IMG/VR virus record: IMGVR_UViG_3300027892_000017
Location: 1-64,000 of that record
DNA: 64,000 nucleotides
Reading direction: 5' to 3' (one strand)
Source: an uncultured virus (IMG/VR IMGVR_UViG_3300027892_000017)
Taxonomy: Duplodnaviria; Heunggongvirae; Uroviricota; Caudoviricetes
Part shown: one piece after another, positions 40,154-49,871 of the stretch
Numbering within the stretch: the first letter of the stretch is position 1
Layout: each line of letters opens with the position of its first letter
Position numbers and translations under genes: made by a program
Notes under the pieces: generated by a model
What the model was told of the DNA's origin: nothing
Databases searched by the model: none
Seen by the model: the letters and a program-made list of their open reading frames with translations, nothing else

Positions 40154-40483
40154 TTAATAAATTTCAACGAAACTTACAATAGCATCAATACTATTGGGCT
40201 GAGTTGCACGAACTAGCAACTGATTTTCTGTGGCCATAATAAGTTTTTCGCCTTGGTTTACAACTCTTAAACTACTACCTGGAGGGATAATAACGCCCTT
40301 CACATAATAGCCTTGTGTGCTTGTGTCATCTTCAACTAGTACATCTACAATGGTATTACTTCCAGTGATATTAGTTAAACTTAAACCAATAACTGTGCAT
40401 CTTGTTAAGTTGGTTGTTTGTACTAGCGTTGCTAAATTAGTCCCAACACCTTTTACTACTACGTTTTTAAATGTCGTTGCCAT
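40154..40483 (-). CDS. Small beta-rich virion protein (paralog of 43587..43910)
   Basis: IGLSLTN...IPPGSSL...EKLIM resembles TLFFCN...IPAGETF...EKIVL. Confidence 0.7.
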   Translation of the reverse strand: MATTFKNVVVKGVGTNLATLVQTTNLTRCTVIGLSLTNITGSNTIVDVLVEDDTSTQGYYVKGVIIPPGSSLRVVNQGEKLIMATENQLLVRATQPNSIDAIVSFVEIY

Positions 40484-40490
40484 GTTCTTA

Positions 40491-41546
40491 TTATCCTAAT
40501 GATATTGCAAAAGAGATTGCTGTATCTTCAGCAACTTGAGCTGAAACTGCACCAGCAGAACCTGATGGACTAGACCAACCTACACCGTCAAATACTTCTA
40601 ATGCTTTTGATACAATATTGTATCGTGTCATGCCCAGCACAGAATTGGATGGGGAAGGACGTTGCAATTCAGTTCCTCTTGGGGGTACAAAACCGTTTGT
40701 ACCTACAATTTTAAAGTAGCCAGTTCCTGATTGTGCAATTTCTGTAATTGCGTTATTGGCAATATTAGTAATTGTATTACCAAGAATTTTGATATTATCT
40801 AATATTACACCACCAGTTCCAGCACCTCTTAGATATAAATCTTGTCCTGTAGTAGTATTGATTTCATTACCATTAAAAATTAACTGTCCAATAGATAGTG
40901 AAACTAAGTTTGCAGTATCTGCAAACACATTACTAACATACAAGTTATTCCACTGTAAATCAGGAGAACCAATGTCGTAGGTGTTGGTGGTTGTTGGTAC
41001 TAGGTCGCTGGTAATGCTAGCATTAACTGTGATAGTATCTGTAGTTGAATCACCAATTGTGATATTTCCGCCAACTACAATATTTCCAGTAGCTGTTACA
41101 TCTCCTGTAACATCTAAATTTCCAGTAACATTAGTGTTTGCTACTAGGTTAATTACTCCAGATCCGTTTGCACTGATATCTAAATTTCTATCAGTTACTG
41201 TTGTAGAAATCGTGTTGGTAGTAAATTGCAAGTCATCCACTTGCAATTTAGCATGGTATATTGTTGGGTTTGTTGCTGCTGGACTAAATGTAATTGTTGA
41301 CAAATCACTGCTTATTGTATTGTCAGTAATGTGCAAATTGCCTACATCTAGTTGATCATTTATGGTTAAGTTAGTAGTGCGGGTTGTACCGTTAACATCC
41401 AAATCTGTCGTCGGACTGGCAGTGTTCACCCCTATACGAGAGTTATTAACATCAAGAAATAATAAGTCGGTCTCAAAGGCTAAGTTGACCCCGTCACGGA
41501 TCAAGTTTGACTTTAAGAGCGGACCTGAAATGCGACCAATAGCCAT
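40491..41546 (-). CDS. Fibre-like virion structural protein (paralog of 41665..42810)
   Basis: MAIGRISGPLLKSNLIRDGVNLAF, RIGVNT.SP...LDVNG, YDIGS....W, P.GT..QRP. Confidence 0.75.
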   Translation of the reverse strand: MAIGRISGPLLKSNLIRDGVNLAFETDLLFLDVNNSRIGVNTASPTTDLDVNGTTRTTNLTINDQLDVGNLHITDNTISSDLSTITFSPAATNPTIYHAKLQVDDLQFTTNTISTTVTDRNLDISANGSGVINLVANTNVTGNLDVTGDVTATGNIVVGGNITIGDSTTDTITVNASITSDLVPTTTNTYDIGSPDLQWNNLYVSNVFADTANLVSLSIGQLIFNGNEINTTTGQDLYLRGAGTGGVILDNIKILGNTITNIANNAITEIAQSGTGYFKIVGTNGFVPPRGTELQRPSPSNSVLGMTRYNIVSKALEVFDGVGWSSPSGSAGAVSAQVAEDTAISFAISLG

Positions 41547-41651
41547 AGCTCTCCTTAACCCCGTGTTTCACGGTTAACCACCTTACATTGCGGGTTTACC
41601 ACAGTTGAATATCGCAAAAACATGGTCTGTCTTTACAGTAAAAGTATTTAT
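41547..41651 (-). promoter_or_regulatory. Late promoter followed by a ~95-nt structured 5' leader
   Basis: ATAAATA at 41645-41651; stems CCGTG/CACGG (41561-41573), TTGCG/CGCAA (41588-41617), ACCAU/GUGGU; SD AAGGAG at 41551-41556. Confidence 0.6.
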
Positions 41652-41664
41652 CGGATTGGTTAAA

Positions 41665-42810
41665 TTAGCCCAGGATAATGCTGTAAACGTTACCAAGTTC
41701 TTGCATGTCTTCTGGAGTTAAAAATTCTCCAGGGCCCGTAGCAACATAGTATACTGAGCCATCAAAGCATTCCATATATCCTACTTCAGTATTCCATCGT
41801 GTCTCGCCAACTTCAGTAAAACCGCGTTGAGAATTGTCTCCAACTGGAATAATAAATGCATTTGTGTCAGTAAATTGAAGGTATCCTGTACCAGTAGAAG
41901 TAAAGGTTACTGGGGTATTAAGTTGATTTGTGATTATATTATTTTCTATTTTAAAATCTTCTAAATAGATAACTCTTGTATCTGGGTTGATATAAATTGG
42001 ATCATTACCTTGCGTGGCAGCGATGTCATTTGCACTGTTGGCAATGTATAATTTATTGTCTACAAGGATAGAATTTTGACTTAAACTTCCAATTTCAGCG
42101 TTGGCTACTCGCAACAATGCCCATGCCTTGCCTGGTGCGCCCAAGTTATAATAATTGTCAACTCCTGGCAAAAGAGCTTTGTCAAATTCGCCATTAAAGT
42201 CTAGTGCGTCTCCTGCGGCATCACCCAGTATTAAGCTACCACCATAGGATAAATTCCCTTGGATGTTGATATTTCCAGTAACATCAATTCCACCAGTATT
42301 AACCACATTGCTTTGTAAATTGATTGCGCCGCTGCCGTTGGGGTCAAATATTACGTTACCATCAGTAACATTTGCACTAATAAAGTTATCGTTGATTTGT
42401 AATAAACTTGTTGTAAGTCTATCATGTGAAATTGTAGGTGTAGTCCCTAGTGGACTAATATTCAATGCACCAGTAACTGTGCTAAAAGATCCATCTGCAT
42501 TGATTTTAACATTGCCAATTGTGGCAGTTGTTGTAATGCTTAGTATGTTAGTATCTAAAAGACCATTAACATCTAAATCGTAAAGAGGATTGTCAGTGTT
42601 AAATCCCAGCTTGTTGCCAGTTACGTCAAAGTAAACTAAATCAGGATCTGTTGGACCGTTTCTAAAAGTGAGGTCAACACCATCACGGATCAAGTTGGCG
42701 CTTAGAAGCTTTCCACTGATACGACCAAGACTACCATTACCAGTGTAGCTTACTGGAGCTGGATTATATAATGGTCCGCTTGGAGGTCCGCCGCCGCCTG
42801 ATACTGGCAT
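41665..42810 (-). CDS. Fibre-like virion structural protein
   Basis: GRISGKLLSANLIRDGVDLTF, LGFNTD.P.YDLDVNG, IPVGDNSQR...GETRWN. Confidence 0.75.
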   Translation of the reverse strand: MPVSGGGGPPSGPLYNPAPVSYTGNGSLGRISGKLLSANLIRDGVDLTFRNGPTDPDLVYFDVTGNKLGFNTDNPLYDLDVNGLLDTNILSITTTATIGNVKINADGSFSTVTGALNISPLGTTPTISHDRLTTSLLQINDNFISANVTDGNVIFDPNGSGAINLQSNVVNTGGIDVTGNINIQGNLSYGGSLILGDAAGDALDFNGEFDKALLPGVDNYYNLGAPGKAWALLRVANAEIGSLSQNSILVDNKLYIANSANDIAATQGNDPIYINPDTRVIYLEDFKIENNIITNQLNTPVTFTSTGTGYLQFTDTNAFIIPVGDNSQRGFTEVGETRWNTEVGYMECFDGSVYYVATGPGEFLTPEDMQELGNVYSIILG

Positions 42811-42820
42811 ATTTTACTCC

Positions 42821-43585
42821 TTACTGGTCAAAACCGTGTAATACGGTGACTGGTTTTAAACTTGGAACTGCTTCACCAAACACACAATAATAACCTGTTG
42901 TGTATGGTGTCAAATCATCACTTGCTAGACCAACAATAGAAACTGCTGCTCCGGCTGCTTCGCTATTAACAGTTTCTGCAACTGTTAATATATCTTCTAG
43001 CACGTTGGTAATAGTAAATGTAGCATTGTTGTTTGCAGATCCAGTCACAACAATCTTTTGATCAATTCTAAATCCCTTGTCAATAAAATTTACTACCGCA
43101 GTACTACTGCTAATAATAAATTTTGACGCACTATTGAAAGAAATAACGGACGCTGTTACATTGGCTGGGTTTTGAACAATGGTGTAGTTTGTGTTAAACA
43201 ACTGAATCACATTTTCAACAATGACCAATAAGTTTGCTCCAGTCCAAGTTGTTCCGCTTGCTGCGGTTGTGGGTGGAGCTGGACTCAATGGCCCAAATGT
43301 TGTCTCAACATAGTCACCTGTACCCAATGTTTGTTGTGTGATGCCGCCTGACTCTTTATATCTAAATTGTCTCCATGCACCACCTTGACGTGCTTCTAAT
43401 TCACCCGCAGTTTCATTGTAACGTATGTGTCCTTCAATTGGAGTTGCGGGACGTGAGCCGTTAGGACCACTTGGTATCAACAAGCTATTTGTTGACTCCA
43501 TAATAATTTGTCTGTTATGGTCAATAGCAACACCGTTGTCCTTGACATTATACGGACTAAGTTGAGATTTTTTTAGAAATCTCAT
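42821..43585 (-). CDS. Virion structural protein
   Basis: LLIPSG....RP.....G.IRYN fibre-type motif. Confidence 0.65.
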   Translation of the reverse strand: MRFLKKSQLSPYNVKDNGVAIDHNRQIIMESTNSLLIPSGPNGSRPATPIEGHIRYNETAGELEARQGGAWRQFRYKESGGITQQTLGTGDYVETTFGPLSPAPPTTAASGTTWTGANLLVIVENVIQLFNTNYTIVQNPANVTASVISFNSASKFIISSSTAVVNFIDKGFRIDQKIVVTGSANNNATFTITNVLEDILTVAETVNSEAAGAAVSIVGLASDDLTPYTTGYYCVFGEAVPSLKPVTVLHGFDQ

Positions 43586-43586
43586 A

Positions 43587-43910
43587 TTACGCTACCCTCA
43601 ATGATGAAACTGTAACGCTTAATCGTGTATTTGTATCTGCAATAGCTTCTACTTTATCTCCTGCCTCTAATACAATTTTTTCTGCATCAAACGTGAATGT
43701 TTCACCTGCTGGGATTGTTAAATTATGAATAATTTTATTTGTATTAGTAGCGGATGCTGTTGATTTTACAAGATTAACTGACTGTAAAACTACGTCAGAC
43801 ACGCTATAGTTGCAAAAGAATAGAGTAGTAATAGCATGTTCTTGTCCAGATGCTACTGGACCATAAATTGCTGCCGATGATGTTGTTACTAATGCGCTTT
43901 GGATTGCCAT
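43587..43910 (-). CDS. Small beta-rich virion protein
   Basis: 107-aa ORF; similar to 40154..40483. Confidence 0.7.
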   Translation of the reverse strand: MAIQSALVTTSSAAIYGPVASGQEHAITTLFFCNYSVSDVVLQSVNLVKSTASATNTNKIIHNLTIPAGETFTFDAEKIVLEAGDKVEAIADTNTRLSVTVSSLRVA

Positions 43911-43919
43911 GTCTATTCC

Positions 43920-44891
43920 TTAAAATATCATACTAAACACTAACGATCTACGTCTGCTTACCAACTCATCAGCAGTTGTTGTGTTTGAGAAAAATAATCC
44001 TGTTGCTCCAGGACCTTGTGTTGCTCTACTGTATACTTTGTTTTTGCCAGCATCACTACTTGGTGCTGAAGACTGATCTGATAAACTTAAAACTGAGTCA
44101 ATGTCCACCAAATTTGTATTTGATTTAATAGTTAGCGGAAAACCTGTTGTAGTATTGATTTCGTAACCACTTGATCCACCTAATTGAATTTTATTTACTA
44201 AAAGACCAGAAGTATTAACTGTAGCTTCAACGGTTCCGTCAATAGTGAATACTATCTTGCTTTCAGGATCTCCAGCACCAGTATCAAATGCTATTCCTGA
44301 AGTATCCAACGGTGTTAGTCCATTATATTTTCTAAAACCTGCAATAGGAGCTTCAGCAATCAAATCCAATACATATGTTTGCACATACCCTTTATTTGGG
44401 ATTGCGTTTGGACCAGCTAGAGCTACGTTTGCAGAATAATTATTTGACGAATTAACTGAAATGACCCCAGTGCCTGTGTTAATTTCTAAGTTGCTGCCGC
44501 CGGTAAACAAACTATTTGTTTGTAAACCTAATAGTGTGCCAACAGAATTTCTAAATGTAAATGCACCATTTATAATTGTACCTGTTGGTGTTGTAAACGA
44601 AAGAGTTTCGTCAAACACAAAGCTGGCGTCTTGAAGCAACCCACGTTCAATAGTAAGTCCTGAAAAATCAGTTCCTCCACCAACGCCTGCTAGTGTTTCA
44701 CCTACGTTTAAATATAAAACCCTATCTGAAATCTCCAAAGTTTCTGAAGTAATAGTCGTTGTATTACCTTGTACTAATAAATCACCAGTAACGGTTGTTA
44801 AGCCAACACCTGGACCCGTGTTTAGTACGATGTTTCCACCGAGCTGTGTGACTACTTGATAGTCACCTTGAACTTTGACGACTTTAGACAT
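43920..44891 (-). CDS. Virion structural protein
   Basis: GDLLVQG.TTTI.S..L.I.D..L.LN.GE...G....G..IERG; IPNKGYV. Confidence 0.7.
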   Translation of the reverse strand: MSKVVKVQGDYQVVTQLGGNIVLNTGPGVGLTTVTGDLLVQGNTTTITSETLEISDRVLYLNVGETLAGVGGGTDFSGLTIERGLLQDASFVFDETLSFTTPTGTIINGAFTFRNSVGTLLGLQTNSLFTGGSNLEINTGTGVISVNSSNNYSANVALAGPNAIPNKGYVQTYVLDLIAEAPIAGFRKYNGLTPLDTSGIAFDTGAGDPESKIVFTIDGTVEATVNTSGLLVNKIQLGGSSGYEINTTTGFPLTIKSNTNLVDIDSVLSLSDQSSAPSSDAGKNKVYSRATQGPGATGLFFSNTTTADELVSRRRSLVFSMIF

Positions 44892-44898
44892 GTTTATA

Positions 44899-45273
44899 TT
44901 AGATAGCTGTTAATTGAATGTAATCTTCTGATGAATCGTTTACCAAATACCAAGTGTAACGATTGCCACTGAAGTCAATAGCTGTACGCTTGTTTAACTT
45001 TCTAATAGCAACAGAAATGTCAGCACCCGGGTTTGTGTAACCTAGCATTACTACTTGACCTTCGTCTGTGATTGAGCTTACTAACAAGCATTTGCCTGTA
45101 CCATCAGCGTTGGTAACTCTGTAATTACGTGAGCCTACTTGTTTTTCAATGTAACCTGCTTTAGCTGTTCCAAAGCCAGGAATACGTGCAGATACTTTAA
45201 TACCTGCAGATGTTGTGGCGTAATCGCCGAATACCAATGTACCAAGTACATCATCTTTTACTGGACGTCCCAT
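44899..45273 (-). CDS. Small virion protein directly downstream of the capsid gene (possible decoration protein)
   Basis: 124-aa ORF with strong SD and its own late box; GYIEKQVGSRNY.V; role inferred from position. Confidence 0.6.
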   Translation of the reverse strand: MGRPVKDDVLGTLVFGDYATTSAGIKVSARIPGFGTAKAGYIEKQVGSRNYRVTNADGTGKCLLVSSITDEGQVVMLGYTNPGADISVAIRKLNKRTAIDFSGNRYTWYLVNDSSEDYIQLTAI

Positions 45274-45350
45274 TTGTTTTCTCCTTGAGTTAATGGCGTT
45301 CTAGGCCTACGCGGCGGGTACCGCATAAATCTTCTAGACAAAGTATTTAT
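45274..45350 (-). promoter_or_regulatory. Late promoter followed by a structured leader
   Basis: ATAAATA at 45344-45350; UCUAG/CUAGA outer stem; UAUGCGG/CCGCGUA inner hairpin; SD AAGGAG. Confidence 0.6.
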
Positions 45351-45376
45351 CGATTGTTAAAGAGTTACAAGTCAAC

Positions 45377-45401
45377 AAAAAAGGACTCCGAAGAGTCCTT
45401 T
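45377..45401 (-). terminator. Capsid gene terminator with a cUUCGg loop
   Basis: Minus strand GGACTC TTCG GAGTCC TTTTTT. Confidence 0.95.
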
Positions 45402-45423
45402 CTGTATTACACTTAATGCAATA

Positions 45424-46599
45424 TTACTGGAATGAAACACCAGTAATTGAAACGCTACCTAAGTAGTCTGCTGCGTTACCTAGAGATGACGCAGTATTTG
45501 ACAACTCAACATAACCGTAACGTGTCATAAATGATACGACTGGCTCAAATGTTGATGGGTCAAGAACAACACCACTGCTCATCAATGGAATGTATGGGCA
45601 ATAGAATGCTGCTGCATCTGACTCTGAAGAACCTTTGTAACCAACTAATACAGCTGAGTTATCAGCAGCGTAGCTGTTTACATATACCTTCATAGCACCG
45701 TTCAATGTACCAACAAACTTAGTGTTTGTAGGTGCTTCAAATGTACCTTCTGTTGTACGAGCAAATGCGCTTGTAGTAGCAGATTGTAGAATTGTCAATG
45801 CTTGTGGTGAAACAACAGCCCAGTTACCAGCACCGCGACGTGTACGTTGAGCGATGATGTTAGCAGCACGGTTGATTAGAACAGCTAAAGCAGCGTGTTC
45901 GTCACCAACGAATGTAGCAGTACCTGATACAGTTGCTTGGTTGTATGCTTGAACGTTACCGTTAGAAGCAGCTAAAGTAGCCAAGCTACCGATAACTTCT
46001 TGGTCGATTTCAGCAGTAATTTCTTGTGCCAAAGCAGCCATGATTTCTGCTTCGATGTCAATACCTTGTTGGGCTTGTGCATCTTGAGCAGCTTCAAATG
46101 TCCAGCGAGCTGACAATTTACGTGTCTTCGCTTCAACAGTTTGCTTCAAGATCTGAATGCTTAAACGCTTACCAGCTGCACCTTCTAGAGCTGCTGTTGA
46201 AGCTGCTTTAGTTTGTGAACCGTCGTTAGCAGAATAGCCTTCTGCAATCTTGAATGGGCTTAGAGCCTCTTCACCAGCAGTAGCGCCATATGTGCCACTT
46301 AGTGTATCGCTGTAGCGAACACGTAGTGTATGGATCTGACCAACTGGACCAGTCATTGGTTGTACACCAACTAACTCGTTAGCAATAACGGTTGGCATAA
46401 CGCGACGGATCACTGGAAGGATCACGCGATTTAGTGTTGCGACGTTGCCGGCAGAAGTAGCACCAGTGCTAGCACTTTCAGCCAAATACTTGCGAGTATT
46501 TTCTAAAGTTGCTGACATTACTGATTTCTTTGTACCTTGAAGGCCTTCTAATAGGGCCTCTTTGGTTTCCGACCAACGGCTGTTTAGTAGTTCTGACAT
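45424..46599 (-). CDS. gp23: Major capsid protein (T4 gp23 family)
   Basis: LPVIRRVMP..IANELVGVQPMTGPVGQI, EAKTRKLSARWTFE.AQD, FYCPYIPL, FMTRYG. Confidence 0.98.
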   Translation of the reverse strand: MSELLNSRWSETKEALLEGLQGTKKSVMSATLENTRKYLAESASTGATSAGNVATLNRVILPVIRRVMPTVIANELVGVQPMTGPVGQIHTLRVRYSDTLSGTYGATAGEEALSPFKIAEGYSANDGSQTKAASTAALEGAAGKRLSIQILKQTVEAKTRKLSARWTFEAAQDAQAQQGIDIEAEIMAALAQEITAEIDQEVIGSLATLAASNGNVQAYNQATVSGTATFVGDEHAALAVLINRAANIIAQRTRRGAGNWAVVSPQALTILQSATTSAFARTTEGTFEAPTNTKFVGTLNGAMKVYVNSYAADNSAVLVGYKGSSESDAAAFYCPYIPLMSSGVVLDPSTFEPVVSFMTRYGYVELSNTASSLGNAADYLGSVSITGVSFQ

Positions 46600-46611
46600 T
46601 TAAATTTCTCC

Positions 46612-47706
46612 TTAAATTTTTAGTCCAGCTAGGCGACGAATATCGACGATGTTGCCATCGCTTTCGCTGCTACGGTTGCTGTTGGAAATTTTATTTCCTG
46701 TAATTTCTTTTGCCTCAGTAAGTGCCTGTTTCTTCTGCGGAGCATTGCCCTCGATTACCGCTGGCAAATACTTATTAAAACTATCGTGTAACTTTACAGT
46801 TTGAACACTTTCTAATAGTTCGCTCATGATTTCTTTTTGGTCAGCCGCTAACGGTGCCAATAATTCACTCATGACTGCTTTTCTTTCCATGCTTTCATTT
46901 AATGCACGGATAGTTGCTTCTTTGCTTTCAATGATTCTCTGTGCTGTAACTGCAATGGTTTGCGCTTCAGCAATTTGTGAATCCTTCTTGTCTATGACCT
47001 TGAGCAATTGAGCTGCTTCTGACTTCTCATTGATGTAACTTGTTTGAAATTCGTTGCTGAAAGCTTCGAAAATCTTACGACCAAAGTCTGCTTTACGAGC
47101 TGCGTCAATGTCTTCACGTAATTGTGTAAGTTCAGTTTTTAAGCTGGACTCAACAACACCTTCCACCATTGTTGCTGCACGTTGAACAAATTGTGTTTTG
47201 ATCTTAGCAAGTGCATCTTTACCTTCACGGATAAGGCGTACCTTAGTTTCCGCTAGGTCTTGTTTATCTTTGTAAAATTCTGCAATTTCATTGGCTAAAG
47301 CTTCAACCACAAATTCTTCTAGTTTGAAAAACTTGCTTGCCATGACTTTTTGGTCTTCATGTAATTCAGATACTTCTGATGCTAGTTGACGTGTAATGAA
47401 TTCCTTCATTATTGCCGCATCTTTCTTCATCTTAACTGCATACTTGGCTTTGGCTTCTGCTAGTTGAGCGCGGTCTTCAACAAACTCGGCAATTTCAGGT
47501 GCTAGTTGCTCACCGACCATACGGTCAATAGCTTCTACCATAACTGCTCTGTCGTGTTCATAACGCTGACTGAACTCTTCTCTAAGCTGTTGAGTGATTT
47601 GAGTACGGTTCTCGTTTACACGAGCTTCCCATGCTTCTTCAATCTGAGCTTTGATATCCTCAGAAATCACATTATTTTCAAATAATTGTTTAATTGCATC
47701 CAACAT
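46612..47706 (-). CDS. gp22: Prohead core scaffold protein (gp22-like)
   Basis: Glu-rich coiled coil between protease and capsid; FGRKIFEAF. Confidence 0.88.
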   Translation of the reverse strand: MLDAIKQLFENNVISEDIKAQIEEAWEARVNENRTQITQQLREEFSQRYEHDRAVMVEAIDRMVGEQLAPEIAEFVEDRAQLAEAKAKYAVKMKKDAAIMKEFITRQLASEVSELHEDQKVMASKFFKLEEFVVEALANEIAEFYKDKQDLAETKVRLIREGKDALAKIKTQFVQRAATMVEGVVESSLKTELTQLREDIDAARKADFGRKIFEAFSNEFQTSYINEKSEAAQLLKVIDKKDSQIAEAQTIAVTAQRIIESKEATIRALNESMERKAVMSELLAPLAADQKEIMSELLESVQTVKLHDSFNKYLPAVIEGNAPQKKQALTEAKEITGNKISNSNRSSESDGNIVDIRRLAGLKI

Positions 47707-47718
47707 GTGATTCTCCTT

Positions 47719-48354
47719 TTATTGGAGTTTGTTTATTATTGATAATAAACTCTCTTTAAGATAACGTTGTGCTTTAGGATCGCCCTTCACCTCTTCCGCT
47801 ATACGTAAGGCATTTAGACCACCACGACTATTCATCAAGTGTTCATAAATTGGTGTAGGATATGCTCCTGGTGCACTGGGTTGAGCTACCACATCTACGG
47901 TGATAATCTCAAAATCGCTGACTCTTCCAGTTCCGTCACCGCTGACGTTACCTGAGCCTCGACTGGAAACTCCCAACTTAACTCCGGACTCAAGCATAGT
48001 GCGAACTAGTTGACCCATTGGGGTTGGTAGAATCTTGAACTTTCCATAACCATTTGGACCGTCCATCCACATTTCAGTAATCATGTGTGACACACGGTCC
48101 AGGTTAATTTTTAAGTCATCTGGGTGATCAACTTCACCTAATACAGAGTATCCGCCAGAAATTTGATCGTTCAAAGTTTTGACAGCTCGCTCAATCTCGT
48201 CCACAGGGTACACACGTTGGTTAGCATTTTTAATGCCACCTTGTATACAGATACCCTTCATGTAAAGGTTTTTCCCGTCGCTTCCATCTGACTCGATCAC
48301 CATGCGGGCTTGATCAAAGCTCAAATTTTCACGAAGGTAGTTGATTTTGCTCAT
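47719..48354 (-). CDS. gp21: Prohead protease (gp21-like)
   Basis: GICIQ...N.NQRVYP, LGEVDHP, RVSH.I, TPMG, LGVSSRGSG, DVVAQPSAPGAY. Confidence 0.97.
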   Translation of the reverse strand: MSKINYLRENLSFDQARMVIESDGSDGKNLYMKGICIQGGIKNANQRVYPVDEIERAVKTLNDQISGGYSVLGEVDHPDDLKINLDRVSHMITEMWMDGPNGYGKFKILPTPMGQLVRTMLESGVKLGVSSRGSGNVSGDGTGRVSDFEIITVDVVAQPSAPGAYPTPIYEHLMNSRGGLNALRIAEEVKGDPKAQRYLKESLLSIINKLQ

Positions 48355-48355
48355 A

Positions 48356-49210
48356 TTACTTGCCTAGTAAGCTCTTTTCGCTATCTGGCTTGCTTCCTTT
48401 TTTCTCTGCTCCATGACCTGCTGGAACATTCTTCAAGTGCTTAACACCTGCTTTACCACCTGGAACGTTAACGTTACCTGATGCTAAATCTTTTGTTGCT
48501 GGGTTTAGTAAACCACCTTGTGTACCGCCTTTGCCGCCGTCGCCGCCTTTAGCGATATTTGCAGTTGTGCCGCCCATATCATTCTTGTTAGCTACTGTTG
48601 ACTTAGTGAAAGCACCATTGTCACCCATTTTAGCTGTTACTTTTTCTACGTATTCACGGATGAAAGCTTCGTCTTGATTTTCATCGTCGCCATACATGCT
48701 CATTTCGTCTTCGCCTTCAAATTCTGGTGCGCCATAAATTTCAGACATTTCTTCTTCTTCGTCACCCATTGCTGGCTCTTCAGGACCCATTTCGCCGTCT
48801 TCTTCTCCACCCATCAATGACTCAAATTCGTCACGTAGTGAATCAAGAGCGTCTTCTAAGTCTACTACACGGTCTTGTAAATCTGTTACTTCATCGCCTG
48901 ACAATGTTACGTCGTCGCCGTCCATTTCATCGTCACCTTCAATATCGCCCATCATGTCGTCGGTCTCGTCATCGCTTGAGAACTCGTCGCCCATGCCTTC
49001 TTCAGCTGGCATTTCGCCTTCTGCGCCCGGAGCCATTAATTCACCTTCTGCACCTGGCATTTCGTTTTCATTAAAATCTTCTGCAAGCAATGATTCATAA
49101 ATCTCACGTGATTTTTCAACCACGATGTCATGAAATAATTCCTTGGCTTTGTCTGTTTCTTCATTAATTAGAAGTTCAAGCATTTGCTCGAATTTTGAAC
49201 GGTCAGTCAT
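48356..49210 (-). CDS. Highly acidic prohead core protein (gp67/gp68-like position)
   Basis: Asp/Glu-rich; between portal and protease; SD and late box at 49244-49249. Confidence 0.7.
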   Translation of the reverse strand: MTDRSKFEQMLELLINEETDKAKELFHDIVVEKSREIYESLLAEDFNENEMPGAEGELMAPGAEGEMPAEEGMGDEFSSDDETDDMMGDIEGDDEMDGDDVTLSGDEVTDLQDRVVDLEDALDSLRDEFESLMGGEEDGEMGPEEPAMGDEEEEMSEIYGAPEFEGEDEMSMYGDDENQDEAFIREYVEKVTAKMGDNGAFTKSTVANKNDMGGTTANIAKGGDGGKGGTQGGLLNPATKDLASGNVNVPGGKAGVKHLKNVPAGHGAEKKGSKPDSEKSLLGK

Positions 49211-49286
49211 GTTTAAATCTCCTTAGATTGTGAGCTGTCGATATATTTACACGTAATGTAAAAAATAGTGCTATAATGGTGTGAAA

Positions 49287-49871
49287 TTAGGCTGTTTTAC
49301 TCCAACTTGCCATATTCTCACGTAACACCTCGTAAGATATAGTTTTGAAGTTGGGAAACTGCCACTGCGGATCGTAAAAGTTTCGATCAGTTACTCTAAA
49401 ATATTTAGTATTAATGTTGGTTTTTACAATGTGTTCTGTTTGTCTTTGCCAGTTTCCATAATATGTTGCTGGATCAGTGCTTTTTCTATAGTTGTTACTG
49501 TCAGCGTACACATTATTCAACAATCCGTTATCTCCAGCAAAGTCAAAACCTAATATATACACTTCTTTTGCTTTGTGATCTGTTGCTAATTGTAATGCTG
49601 TAGGGCCTGAACTCCATCCTAGACTGGGTTTAAAATAATTAAATCCTTGAAAGTCCTTAAACTTTATATGCGGGTTAGTCCACACTTGATGTTGTAATTG
49701 ATAACCTGTTTGATTAATTTCTATAATCATTTTAGGATCAACTGCAATCAAGTAGTCAGGTGAAAACTCCCTGTAAACTGCATTACAAGCATATATTTTA
49801 CCGTGGGGTTGTAATTCTTTGTAAGTGATTTGCAAACGACTTTTGCCGTTGCCTAATACAAAACTTCGCAT
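49287..49871 (-). CDS. DUF115/MptE/Maf-like or sialyltransferase-like (GT29/GT42) Rossmann-type protein
   Basis: FVLGNGKS, IYACNAVYR...PDYLIAVD, SSGPTALQLA....KEVYILGFD. Confidence 0.6.
   Translation of the reverse strand: MRSFVLGNGKSRLQITYKELQPHGKIYACNAVYREFSPDYLIAVDPKMIIEINQTGYQLQHQVWTNPHIKFKDFQGFNYFKPSLGWSSGPTALQLATDHKAKEVYILGFDFAGDNGLLNNVYADSNNYRKSTDPATYYGNWQRQTEHIVKTNINTKYFRVTDRNFYDPQWQFPNFKTISYEVLRENMASWSKTA

Noticed and set aside
49228..49235. Third copy of TTGTGAGC in the prohead-core gene leader, matching the ncRNA ends
   Set aside because: One 8-mer match in 64 kb is expected by chance.
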